Below the pieces are notes generated by a model. It was not told the DNA's origin. It was given only the letters and a program-made list of their open reading frames with translations, and did not search any database. A DNA stretch of 63,977 nt, the filler included, from Octopus bimaculoides (Eukaryota): NCBI RefSeq assembly GCF_001194135.2. It is 7 parts of 6 records of this genome, joined end to end, with 100 filler letters (N's around TTAATTAATTAA, not from the genome) between each part and the next. Parts side by side here need not be neighbours in the genome. Positions count along the whole stretch, not along the records: positions 21,523 to 39,812 come from NC_068987.1; 6 more parts are not named here. One strand, 5' to 3'. Positions within the stretch are counted from its first letter, which is position 1, and each line of letters begins with the position of its first letter. Shown here in pieces: positions 23,750 to 34,929 of this stretch. The translations under genes and the position numbers were made by a program.

Positions 23750-23822
23750 TAACAAGAAAAATATTGACAGCTACTTCAAAGTTTCGACCAGCTAAGCTCT
23801 CCTCGAAGTCACTGTCAATAAT
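23750..23822 (-). ncRNA. Hammerhead-like remnant with the CUGAUGA core deleted; same family as 22225-22300
   Basis: 9-bp stem TATTGACAG/CTGTCAATA enclosing GAC...GTC-GAAA-CTTTGAAG-TA; shares the downstream CTTGTTAAAAA. Confidence 0.45.
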
Positions 23823-23930
23823 ATCTTTATTAAAGAATAATATTTATGTTCTCTACAATAGTATGGAGTAACTCTTCATATTAATGTAAAACTGTTTTTT
23901 GTTATAATTGAACATAAAGACAGTCATTAA

Positions 23931-23967
<37 letters not shown>

Positions 23968-24164
23968 ATGTATGTATGTATGTAGAGTCGGACCCAAGGA
24001 GGGGCCTGAGGGGCACGTGCCCCACTCAACAAAAGAAATGCGCCCTTCTGAATGTCATTACACCCTTTTCTCTTGGAATTGTATTCCTTTCTGACCTTCG
24101 AAAGCTTCCTGGAATCGCGCCTGGTTTGCATGTATGTATGTATGTATGTATGTATGTTTATGTT

Positions 24165-24203
<39 letters not shown>

Positions 24204-25245
24204 ACCGTTCTGTTATTTTGTATTTGCAGGGCAACAATACCCAGTGTGTCCTTTTTTGAGGACGATTTGTACTTCAAAAGAATTTCGCTGTTATCTTTGG
24301 GCGGAACGACCGACTGACTGACCGTGCGAAGACTCATACTTTGTGAAAGTAATAATTATTTTATTGTGATGTGACCNNNNNNNNNNNNNNNNNNNNNNNN
24401 NNNNNNNNNNNNNNNNNNNNNNNNNNNNNNNNNNNNNNNNNNNNNNNNNNNNNNNNNNNNNNNNNNNNNNNNNNNNNNNNNNNNNNNNNNNNNNNNNNNN
24501 NNNNNNNNNNNNNNNNNNNNNNNNNNNNNNNNNNNNNNNNNNNNNNNNNNNNNNNNNNNNNNNNNNNNNNNNNNNNNNNNNNNNNNNNNNNNNNNNNNNN
24601 NNNNNNNNNNNNNNNNNNNNNNNNNNNNNNNNNNNNNNNNNNNNNNNNNNNNNNNNNNNNNNNNNNNNNNNNNNNNNNNNNNNNNNNNNNNNNNNNNNNN
24701 NNNNNNNNNNNNNNNNNNNNNNNNNNNNNNNNNNNNNNNNNNNNNNNNNNNNNNNNNNNNNNNNNNNNNNNNNNNNNNNNNNNNNNNNNNNNNNNNNNNN
24801 NNNNNNNNNNNNNNNNNNNNNNNNNNNNNNNNNNNNNNNNNNNNNNNNNNNNNNNNNNNNNNNNNNNNNNNNNNNNNNNNNNNNNNNNNNNNNNNNNNNN
24901 NNNNNNNNNNNNNNNNNNNNNNNNNNNNNNNNNNNNNNNNNNNNNNNNNNNNNNNNNNNNNNNNNNNNNNNNNNNNNNNNNNNNNNNNNNNNNNNNNNNN
25001 NNNNNNNNNNNNNNNNNNNNNNNNNNNNNNNNNNNNNNNNNNNNNNNNNNNNNNNNNNNNNNNNNNNNNNNNNNNNNNNTCTATCTTTCAATTAAATATA
25101 CAATGTAACTCGATACATAGGTGGGCAAAAAATAGTTATACAATTGCTTAATATGAGTGCAATGTTCTTTTCATTTCTCTATTTCATTTAAACCTAAGCT
25201 ATTCGTAGGTCAACCATGCAACTGTACACCTTCTAGTGTCCACTA

Positions 25246-25281
<36 letters not shown>

Positions 25282-25574
25282 ATATAATTATGAAGAAATA
25301 ATTAAGTTTTCTCTGAATATATGTTACATCAAATTTTCCCAAATTATAGTTTGTGTCATTTCCGTCGACTCTTGAATGTTTCATACTGCTAACGATAGGA
25401 AAATTCACAGGAGTTTCTGTAACCATGAAGATTTTCAATTTGATTTATCTCAGAATTATGATAATCCTCAACGAGCTGCAAATGGCCTGCTTTAGATAAA
25501 TGCAATTTCGTGTGGTTTCCATCGACTTTATAAGCTGTAAGATCCATGAGAGAATTTGACTGTTAATGTACGAT

Positions 25575-25820
25575 AATAGAAAGTGGCTGCGAATCGTAGG
25601 TTCATAGTGTCGATAACTCGGTCACCATAGCATATAAGTGAGCGAGATCATAACATTCACCACACTTCACGGAACGGGATGCCAGCTCGTCGCAAGTGTA
25701 TTCATTTACAACTGAGTTGACTGGAGAGAGTTGAAATGAAGTGTTTCGCTCAAGACCTCGAGAATCGAAATCGCGATCTTACAATCGTGAATACAACACC
25801 CTAACCACTAAGCTTTCACG
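25575..25820 (-). mobile_element. tRNA-derived SINE family D, degraded
   Basis: Minus-strand head CTTAGTGGTTAGGGTGTTG...TTTCGATTCTCG; core TCTTGAGCGAAACACTTCATTTC. Confidence 0.7.
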
Positions 25821-27043
25821 TTAATATAATACACAGCATTTAAAGAATTATACTGCTGTTAGCATTTTTAAAACAATATTCCTTGAATATGTTTGTGTCT
25901 GTCACAAACGTATCACAACGCTTTTGATAAGATATAGACAGGTGATCGCTCAGGAGCAAGCCTATGATATAAAATTTGTCACGTGATATTCCATGTCCTA
26001 TAGCTATAGATTACTCACAAATTATCTCTAGTATCATATCTAGCTGACTTGTTTGAACAGAACCTCAATTTCTAATCGCCAAGAAACTCAATCTGATAAT
26101 CATTGAAAGAATTTCTCCATCACGAGGACAACGTTAGTGTGAGAAATAAATATTTATTATCAGGTCAGCGAATGGCAAACAAGAAATGGTGATAATAATG
26201 ATATTATTATGGCAATAGGAAAAGTAAATTCAAGAACCATTAGAATAATAAAACAAGTCAAAGACCGAAATATTCTAGAGGAATATAAATTATATTCCCA
26301 ATAAAATCCACGGCCGTCAATTCAGGTGAACGATTTTTTCAGTGCCTTCACATTTACAGCAATTAATGGAATATAAATACGGTAGATAATGATATATTAT
26401 AGCGTGTTTAGTACGGAGAACATTCCCCTGATGAATTTTCGTTTGGTCATATTGTTGATAGTTATAATTGGTATCATTATATTCACTGTGTTTCTACAAA
26501 TGTCTCCAACTGAACGGAATATATTTCGCTGAGGAAGTCAGTAATATCGAAATAGTAATGTGGAAACATTACCTTCCCTAGTTAGCTTTAAGAACTGATT
26601 CTTCTCAAATCTGCATTTTCTACGCTGGCCAAAATTTTACTTCTGTTGTGGAGTTGTTTTCCTTTCTTTACCGATATTAAACACACCTGGGAGTTTTTCT
26701 CTGTTAGTCGCTTGGATAATTGATCGAAGTTCTTCTATTCACTATATCACATATGTGACATCTTGCTGCAGTTGATAAAAAAAATAAGGTACTGTTAACA
26801 TGTTACGAAATCTAAAGAGTTTGAATTCAATTTCAGGCTTTCTCGAATGCTAGACTCTTGTTGAAGTTGTTCTTATTGTTGAAAATGCATGGTACGAAGC
26901 CCGTGACATATATGTTGTACGTTGGGTACTGAAAAGAAACAAAAACTCAACAGTGAACTGAGTAAAAACTGATTAGCAATTAGCTCGAATGCTACCGAAG
27001 TTTTCCTCCACCGGTTTCTTCTTTAAAGAATGCTAATGACGAA

Positions 27044-27091
<48 letters not shown>

Positions 27092-27401
27092 CGAGGGATT
27101 AGAAATAAGGAAACATACTCTAATTTTAAATTAATTTCTTTCCGACAAGGCACAAAGCCGTATACGTACAGGTGGAATATAAAGGAACATTATGCATTCC
27201 CACTCAATTTTAAATTTGCATAATTTTAATTCCACGCTTAGTAGAATCAATACATAGTACAGCTGTATATTAATGACAGAATTAATCTGTGAAATAGATA
27301 AAATAATTTATTACGTTTTTCAATAAATTCAATCTTCAGATTTCTAAATTCAAATGTCCTCTGTTATTATATACACAAACTGTAATACAATTCCGAAGTT
27401 C

Positions 27402-27447
27402 TCTGGTTTTCACCCAGGCGGCGCGGGTTCGATTCCCAGAATGGCAT
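27402..27447 (+). pseudogene. 5'-truncated tRNA-Glu(TTC) fragment
   Basis: CTGG-TTTTCAC-CCAG anticodon arm (TTC), GCGG variable loop, CGGG-TTCGATT-CCC T arm; the 5' acceptor strand and D arm are absent. Confidence 0.75.
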
Positions 27448-27784
27448 CTTATTATTAAGCGCATTTATGACTGTGTGGTTAAAAAGGTGGATTTTATTCA
27501 AAACGGGGGCACCAGTTTTCATTTATGCTTTATGTAGTGTTTTTGGTACCGAAAGACTTTCAAACTTCGTATACTTATCTATTTTGTGTTATAGAACAGA
27601 AAAAAATTTTGTATTCGAATTTATTTCATGTAAAAAATTGTCTTATTTCGATAAATTCAACCAATCACTGACAAGTATTCAGCTGTTTACACTTACTCAT
27701 TTGGCAGTTTAAGTGGTGTAAAGCGTATTTAATATCCATTACTTCTGACATTTTGCAGAGAGGCAACACACGTGTGTTCGTTTT

Positions 27785-27808
27785 CCCTAACCCTAACCCT
27801 AACCCTAA
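27785..27808. repeat. (CCCTAA)4 interstitial telomere-like repeat
   Basis: Four perfect CCCTAA units. Confidence 0.9.
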
Positions 27809-28327
27809 TTGACTTGCTCCNNNNNNNNNNTAATAGAAAGGTTTATTAGCTACTGCCAATATGCTTCAGCCATTTTTTGACAAGGAAATAATAATTTTAT
27901 CACCGCCAGAATCGTTTGAGAATCGTTTGTTTACGTAGTCAGCACTTAATTTTTACGGCTGAATGGACGTCAGTCATTGGTTGAAATTACAGAAATACGA
28001 CAACTTTAACAGGAAATAACTAGCGATGTACGTTTTCTTGTTAAGAAGACTAAGAGAAAAAGATGTTTTATATGACACATTCTACCAGTGTCCCAAGTTT
28101 CAAAGTGTTTCGTTAAGAAAATACTGGTGCCCCCGTTTTGAACAGGATCCAAAAAGGTCACTTTGCAACTTTGCAATCCTACTGCAGAGCACCTTCGAAA
28201 ATTCCTTCTTCCACAGCCCTTGTAACTAGTGTCTTGTGAGTGAATTTAGCAAGCGGAAACCATGTGGAAGCCTATCGTATATATATGTATGTTTGTGTGT
28301 TTGTATGTGTGTGTGTGTGTGTGTGTT

Positions 28328-28359
<32 letters not shown>

Positions 28360-28958
28360 TGTGTGTGTTTGTGTGTATGTGTTTGTGTGTGTGTGTGTNN
28401 NNNNNNNNNNNNNNNNNNNNNNNNNNNNNNNNNNNNNNNNNNNNNNNNNNNNNNNNNNNNNNNNNNNNNNNNNNNNNNNNNNNNNNNNNNNNNNNNNNNN
28501 NNNNNNNNNNNNNNNNNNNNNNNNNNNNNNNNNNNNNNNNNNNNNNNNNNNNNNNNNNNNNNNNNNNNNNNNNNNNNNNNNNNNNNNNNNNNNNNNNNNN
28601 NNNNNNNNNNNNNNNNNNNNNNNNNNNNNNNNNNNNNNNNNNNNNNNNNNNNNNNNNNNNNNNNNNNNNNNNNNNNNNNNNNNNNNNNNNNNNNNNNNNN
28701 NNNNNNNNNNNNNNNNNNNNNNNNNNNNNNNNNNNNNNNNNNNNNNNNNNNNNNNNNNNNNNNNNNNNNNNNNNNNNNNNNNNNNNNNNNNNNNNNNNNN
28801 NNNNNNNNNNNNNNNNNNNNNNNNNNNNNNNNNNNNNNNNNNNNNNNNNNNNNNNNNNNNNNNNNNNNNNNNNNNNNNNNNNNNNNNNNNNNNNNNNNNN
28901 NNNNNNNNNNNNNNNNNNNNNNNNNNNNNNNNNNNNNNNNNNNNNNNNNNNNNNNNNN

Positions 28959-29161
28959 ACTCTTTCTTCCTGTTTCTGTTGTACCTGTATTTCGAAGGGC
29001 CAGCTTTGTCACACTCTGTGGTACGCTAAATCTCCCCGAGGACTGCGTTAACGGTACACGTGTCTGTGGAGTGCTCAGCCACTTGCACGTTAATTTCACG
29101 AGCAGGATGTTCCGTTGATCGGATCAACTGGAACCCGTGTCGTCGTAACCGACGGAGTGCC
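28959..29161 (+). mobile_element. tRNA-derived SINE family C, 3' half (5' part lost in a gap)
   Basis: Matches the 47596-47979 and 50709-51070 copies. Confidence 0.9.
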
Positions 29162-29674
29162 ACATCGTGTCTAATATGTGAACTGACAGAATGAAACAAA
29201 AAATAACTTCTGAGTGAAACTAGCCAGTCACTATGAAAATAAACAGAGAAGCAGATTAACTAAAACACAGAAAATATTTATGTCAATATTATTAGAAAAT
29301 ATGTTCGTGACATTTTACAACGTTTAGAACAACCGTTGGTGGTGGGGGGATTTAATTGAAAACAGATTCAATATTAGGATAACTTTCTTTGGCATTCTGT
29401 CCAAAAGTTCTTTGTATTGTTGGCTTAACATTGTTCTAGTGAGATGAGACATCATTTCCTTGTTGAAGAACGATGAATATGAGGAATTGGTACAGCGTCG
29501 GAATAAAATGTCTTGCTGTGTTTAGTTACGCTTCTCTGCGTTTCGAAGTTAGTCTTTTAAATGGCCAATAAAATAAATAAAGTAAAAAAGAAGGGTGATA
29601 TAATCAATTATATGGTTTCCTTCTTCCACATTTGTACAGCATTGTGCTGTTGTTTGAGACCAATGTTGGTTTCA

Positions 29675-29885
29675 AATTTTGGCACAAGGTCAGGAATTTG
29701 TGGTGGGGTAGTGCTTGTCGATTACACCGATTCCAGTACGCAACTGGTACTTAATTTATCGACCCCCGAAAGGATGAAAGCAAAGTCGACCTCAACGGAA
29801 TTTAAACCCAGAACGTACAGACAGATGAAATGTCGCTATGCATTTTGCCCGGCGTGCTAACGATTCTGCCAGCTCACCGCCTTTG
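29675..29885 (-). mobile_element. SINE family B
   Basis: Full head-core on the minus strand. Confidence 0.85.
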
Positions 29886-29919
29886 TTAGAAACCAATGTT
29901 AGCAGAAATATAAGGGCGA

Positions 29920-30298
29920 TAGATCGGCATAACTTGTAGATCAGAAAAACTTGTAGTACTTGTTTAGGTCTCTTTTCGTTCTAAGTTCAAATTTCACCGA
30001 AATCAAAATCAAAATTCCCTTTCGCTCCTCCAAGGTAGATAAATTAAGTCCTAGTCAATTGGAACAGTTGACTAAGGTGGATACAACTGTTCCATCCACC
30101 AAAATTTGAAGCCATGTGTCTAATAACAATATTAACCAATATTAATTAACATTGGTTTCAGATTTTAGCACAAGGCCAACAATTTCAGGGAAGTGAGTAA
30201 GTCGATTACATCGACCCTAGCATTTAACTGGTACTTATTTTATCGACTCCAAAAGGATGAAAGGCGAAATCGTCCTTGGCGGAATTGGAACTCAGAAC
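29920..30298. mobile_element. Two degraded SINE B copies, tail to tail
   Basis: Plus copy at about 29920-30135, minus copy at about 30155-30298. Confidence 0.65.
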
Positions 30299-30369
30299 AT
30301 AAATATTATTAAAGTTAGCATAATCAAATATATATATTTGGAATAACGTGTTTATGGTCGCAAGCATTA

Positions 30370-30692
30370 CTGTGGTTAAAAAGTTTGTTTTACAACCACT
30401 ACATGACACCACTATAGCCCCAGACCGACCAATACCTTGTGAGTGAATATGGTAGACGGAAACTGCGTGGAAACTCGCCGTGTATATATGTGTGGGTGTG
30501 TGTTGTGTCTGTAGAGTATCCTACAACACTTGACAACTAGTGTTGATATATTGTCATGTAACTTAGAGGTTCAATAAAAGAGACTGATAGTACCAGAGTC
30601 AATTCATAAGTACTAGAGTGTATTTGTTCGACTAAAATCCCTTCACAGAGGTGCTCCAGCATGGTCACAATCCAATGAGTGAAACAAGTAAA
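30370..30692 (+). mobile_element. SINE family A, degraded
   Basis: GACCGACCAATACCTTGTGAGTG...GGTGCTCCAGCATGG. Confidence 0.75.
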
Positions 30693-30779
30693 AATGGACG
30701 ATGATATATAACTTTTCCTCTGTCTCGTAAAAATCTGTATAAAACAGAATTGTAAAAACAGAAATACCACATTTTGAAA

Positions 30780-31220
30780 CACGTCAGAAACAAAGATTTT
30801 TTACATAATGCCTGTGCATTAGGCACTTGTAACTCAGAGAGAATAACGCAGAAAAGCGGAGAAAATATGCGGTTACAGAATTAAAGATGATATACTAAAT
30901 CAAATATATTATATGGATGACTTGAAATTGTTTGCGAAACCAAGAAAGTGTATTATTATTCTTCCTAACAATTTAAGTGCTCGGCAAAAATGTAAGGATG
31001 GAAATGACGATAGAAAATATGCCAGAGTTCTATATACTTATATATGTAAAAAAAAAAATTAAATAAATAAAACGTTGAAATAGACAAGAACAAATGATCT
31101 TTATTAAAAGGAAATGGATGAGACATAAAAGAAGCTAGGAAACCTGGAAACAGAAATATTTTAAAGTAGACCAGGTACAATATAAAGTGATTAAACAGTA
31201 AATTAGGAAATTAGAAGAGG
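30780..31220 (+). mobile_element. R4/Dong-type RT remnant (catalytic YMDD)
   Basis: GYRIKDDILNQIYYMDDLKLFAK. Confidence 0.7.
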
Positions 31221-31309
31221 ATGCATAATGAACAAATCTAGTGCCAAGCAGCGAGATTTACACAAATAACATAGAAACCTCTTATTGTAATGTCAATATT
31301 ATTTGTGAG

Positions 31310-31742
31310 GTAAAGCGGCGAGCTGGCAGAAACGTTAGGAAGCCGGGTGAAATGCTTAGGGGTATTTCGTCTGTCTGCACGCTCTGAGTTCAAATTCCAC
31401 TGAGGTCGACTTTGCCTTTCATCCTTTCGGGGTCGATAAACTAAGTACCAGTTACGCACTGGAGTCGATGTAATCGACTTTATCTCTTTGTCTGTCCTTG
31501 TTTGTCCTCTCTATGTTTAACCCCTTGTGGGCAATAAAGAAATAAGAAACGTTAGGAAGCCGGGTGAAATGCTTAGGGTTATTTCGTCTGTCTGCACGCT
31601 CTGAGTTCAAACTCCACCGAGATCGGCTTTGCTTTTCATCCTTTCGGGATCGATAAGTTAAGTACCAGATGCGTACTGGAGTCGATCTAATCGACTGGCC
31701 CCCGCCCCAAAAATTTCGGACCTTGTGCCTAGAGTAGAAAAG
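31310..31742 (+). mobile_element. Dimeric SINE family B
   Basis: Two tandem units share the variants GTTAGGAAGCCGGGTGAAATGCTTAGGG and CTGCACGCTCTGAG. Confidence 0.88.
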
Positions 31743-31844
31743 AATATTGTTTGTGAGGTAATAAGATCGAAAGTCAATGCTGGAAGTCATACAGCTATAT
31801 GCTGTGCAGATGACGTTTCCGACATTCTGTATAGGATATGACTG

Positions 31845-32079
31845 AGGGATTAAGAAGCTCACTTTGCAACCACGTGATTCCAGGTTCAGTGGCACTGCGC
31901 GGTGCCGGGGGGGGNNNNNNNNNNNNNNNNNNNNNNNNNNNNNNNNNNNNNNNNNNNNNNNNNNNNNNNNNNNNNNNNNNNNNNNNNNNNNNNNNNNNNN
32001 NNNNNNNNNNNNNNNNNNNNNNNNNNNNNNNNNNNNNNNNNNNNNNNNNNNNNNNNNNNNNNNNNNNNNNNNNNNNNNN

Positions 32080-32131
<52 letters not shown>

Positions 32132-32338
32132 GTGTGTGGATGTGTGTGCGTGTGCCTTTGTGTTTGTCCCCTACCACCACTTAGCAACTAGTGTTTGTTT
32201 GCTTACGCCCCCGTAACTGACCGATAGAATAAGTACCAAACTTTTAAAAAATTAAGTACACGATTCAATTTGATCGACTGGGCCCTTCAAGGTTATGTCC
32301 CAGCATGGCGGCAGTCCGATAACTGAAACAAGTAAAAA
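31845..32338 (+). mobile_element. SINE family A split by an N gap and (GT)n
   Basis: Head before the gap, tail after it. Confidence 0.7.
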
Positions 32339-32349
32339 AAGAAAAGTAG

Positions 32350-32760
32350 AGGATATTAATTATACTTTGGACTCAGTGTACAGATTTTTATTTATATTAA
32401 GTTCGACTCATCAGTCGTATTCTATCCGAATTGTCTTCATCAGTTATATATCTTTGGGGTTTTAATTTCTATCGAATCAGTTTCATCTCCTCCAAAGTAT
32501 TTAAGAGTTTATATATGAGATTCTGTTATATGATATTTTCTGATTTTAGTGACAGAATCGTATTTAATGTCATAAGCTTCTATTAACTTCGGTACCATAT
32601 AGCGTATAACTTTATTATGCTTATTTTAATATCCAAGCTGCAGCTATACAAAAAAAAAAATTAAGAGATTCTCCAACTGGGCTCTCACGCTTGCAAATAA
32701 TCTTAAATTTCGAGAAGATTGTATAAAATATATGTCTATAATTTATAACTGCTTGTGGTT
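32350..32760 (-). mobile_element. Possible Penelope-like GIY-YIG C-terminal remnant with decayed hammerhead-like core
   Basis: CKRESPVGESL and KLLNTLEEMKLI, followed by two CTGATGA motifs. Confidence 0.35.
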
Positions 32761-32789
32761 TTATTCGGTAAATATGCAAATGGAGAGAA

Positions 32790-33400
32790 AGCTAAGTAAA
32801 TGAGTAGAAGTGATAAGATTCTCCCTGAAAGATTCTTATCTTCATTCTTATAAAGCTGGTTTTGGACATCTTTTTGCAAAGCAACGATATTGAAATTTGC
32901 CATTCTAACAGGACAGCGAATGCCTTATTTATTATGTAAATTCACCAGTGCCTATGAGTATGGTGTTATCAAATGCATTTCAATAATAAATCTATGTCAT
33001 GGTTACATTTCTCTTCTATCTTCTTGCTAGTTTTAATAATTAGCCTGGTCACCAATGGCTGTTCGTTACAATCCTACTTCCATTTCTCTTCCTTTGATAA
33101 GATATTATTACTTTTCAGGTGAACAGCCGAGCTATTACAGAGTATAGCTGTGAGAGCTTTATGTGTTATTGGTAAACAAGTTATTAGTCTGCACTTTGGG
33201 AGCCTCGAATATTTTTGCTTTTGAAAATTAATATCATTTTCCCCTCTAGTAACTTGTTAAGTGTTGATGCTGACCAGTTTAGTAATTCATTAAACGCCGT
33301 TGCTATAGCATTCAGTGTTGTTGTCAATTCATGGAGCCTTCCAGTTGCTTGCTGACTTTATCGTGCTGGTGATTTATGCTGTCTTTACCGTGTCGCTGAA
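32790..33400 (-). mobile_element. R4/Dong-type RT remnant
   Basis: NWKAP, ITCLPITHKALTAIL, IDLLLKCI/NAFD and IRIFQGE-like blocks, with frameshifts. Confidence 0.7.
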
Positions 33401-33409
33401 TTAATTATC

Positions 33410-33456
<47 letters not shown>

Positions 33457-33457
<1 letters not shown>

Positions 33458-33732
33458 CAAGAAACCCCAAAATGGCTGAAGTTCAAAAGATAGTGCTCAT
33501 TGGAACTGCCCATATCCTACGTAAAATACTGTCTATGTGATCTCAAATTTTAAAGCAAACACATAATTTTCTTATGGTTTCTTAAACATTCACTTGAACA
33601 AAACTGTACAAATCCAAATATATGGTACCCTAGGCATAACACCTACATGAACTTCTAACTTGTTGTCTCTTGAGGTCTCTGGGTGAGACTTGGATCCAAC
33701 TTGTACAAATGCAAAACAAAAGTCAAACATAA
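33457..33732 (+). mobile_element. R4/Dong-type 3' end (second family) flanked by (AAT)n on both sides
   Basis: PRNPKMAEVQKIVLIGTAHILRKILSM*, distinct UTR; AAT tracts at 33411-33456 and 33733-33810. Confidence 0.85.
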
Positions 33733-33810
<78 letters not shown>

Positions 33811-33812
<2 letters not shown>

Positions 33813-34312
33813 AATGCTCGAAGGCCAGATAAATCGATGCTCGGAGACCAGTTATTGTTGCTGTCGATAAAGAGAAAAAGGGAACTAAGATTATAGATAC
33901 TGCAATACCAGGGGATGCATACATAAGTGACAAAAACTAGAAAAGATTGAAAAGTACGGACTACAGAAAGACGAAATTGCAAGAATGCGGACTATGAGGA
34001 GAGTTTCTGTCATTTCATTAGTTGTAGGGGGACTCGGAGCACTAACAACCAAGTTCAAGAAATATATCAGACAAATCGGAATTGACATGAGAGCAGAGCA
34101 AGCCCCAAAAAACTGCTCTCCTGGGGAAAGCTAGGATTTTGAGATTGGTATTTGGATGTTGAATGGCTTTCACAATAATTAACAACCAAGTAGCAAGTTT
34201 ATAATGTGCGGAAAGAGACTGTGTGTGACCTCTCACAAAAGGCTGCTGTCTGCTCTCACAGAACCAACCAGAGCAAACAAGACCGAGCACTTTTAAAATT
34301 AAAACGATAATA
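33811..34312 (+). mobile_element. R4/Dong-type RLE domain plus UTR (third family)
   Basis: ARRPVIVAVDKEKKGTKIIDTAIPGD...EKIEKY...LVVGGLGAL...KTALLGKARILRLVFGC*. Confidence 0.85.
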
Positions 34313-34316
34313 AACA

Positions 34317-34726
34317 GGCGTAGGAATGGCTGTGTGGTAAGTAGCTTGCTTACCAACCACATGGTTCGGGTTCATTCCCACTGTGTGGCACCTTGGGCAA
34401 GTGTCTTCTACTATAGCCTCGGGCCGACCAAAGCCTTGTGAGTGGATTTGGTAGACGGAAACTGAAAGAAGCCCGTCGTATATATGTGTATATATGTTTG
34501 TGTGTGTATATGTTTGTGTGTCTGTGTTTGTCCCCCCCCCNNNNNNNNNNNGAGTATTTACGTCCCCATAACTTAGTGGTTCGGCAAAAGAGACCGATAG
34601 AATAAGTACTAGGCTTACAAAGAATAAGTCCTGGGGTCGATTTGCTCGACTAAAAAGCGGTGCTCCAGCATGGCCGCAGTCAAATGACTGAAACAAGTAA
34701 AAGAGTAAAAGAGTAAAGAGTAAAAA
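34317..34726 (+). mobile_element. SINE family A, full length
   Basis: Head-core-tail with an (AGTAAAAG)n tail. Confidence 0.92.
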
Positions 34727-34929
34727 GAAAACATGCTGCACACACACCTCACCAGTACGAAAGTGCAGCAAGTGATGCAATAGAAGGTTACTTGAAATTA
34801 CTAGATGTCGAACAATAATAGTGGTGATGACGATGGTGACGAACGTTACCTTACTTCAGTTTATGAGAGACAAGACTTTGCCCAGAAACTCTGGTTGTAA
34901 CAGTTAAATTAGGTTGTACATTTAAGGGA

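Noticed and set aside
22874-25108. Long ORFs in the track (also at 11.2, 28.2, 40.8 and 57.1 kb)
   Set aside because: They are long only because they run through N gaps.
25114-25248. Short Tc1/mariner-type MITE
   Set aside because: The putative TIRs are too diverged to support by eye.
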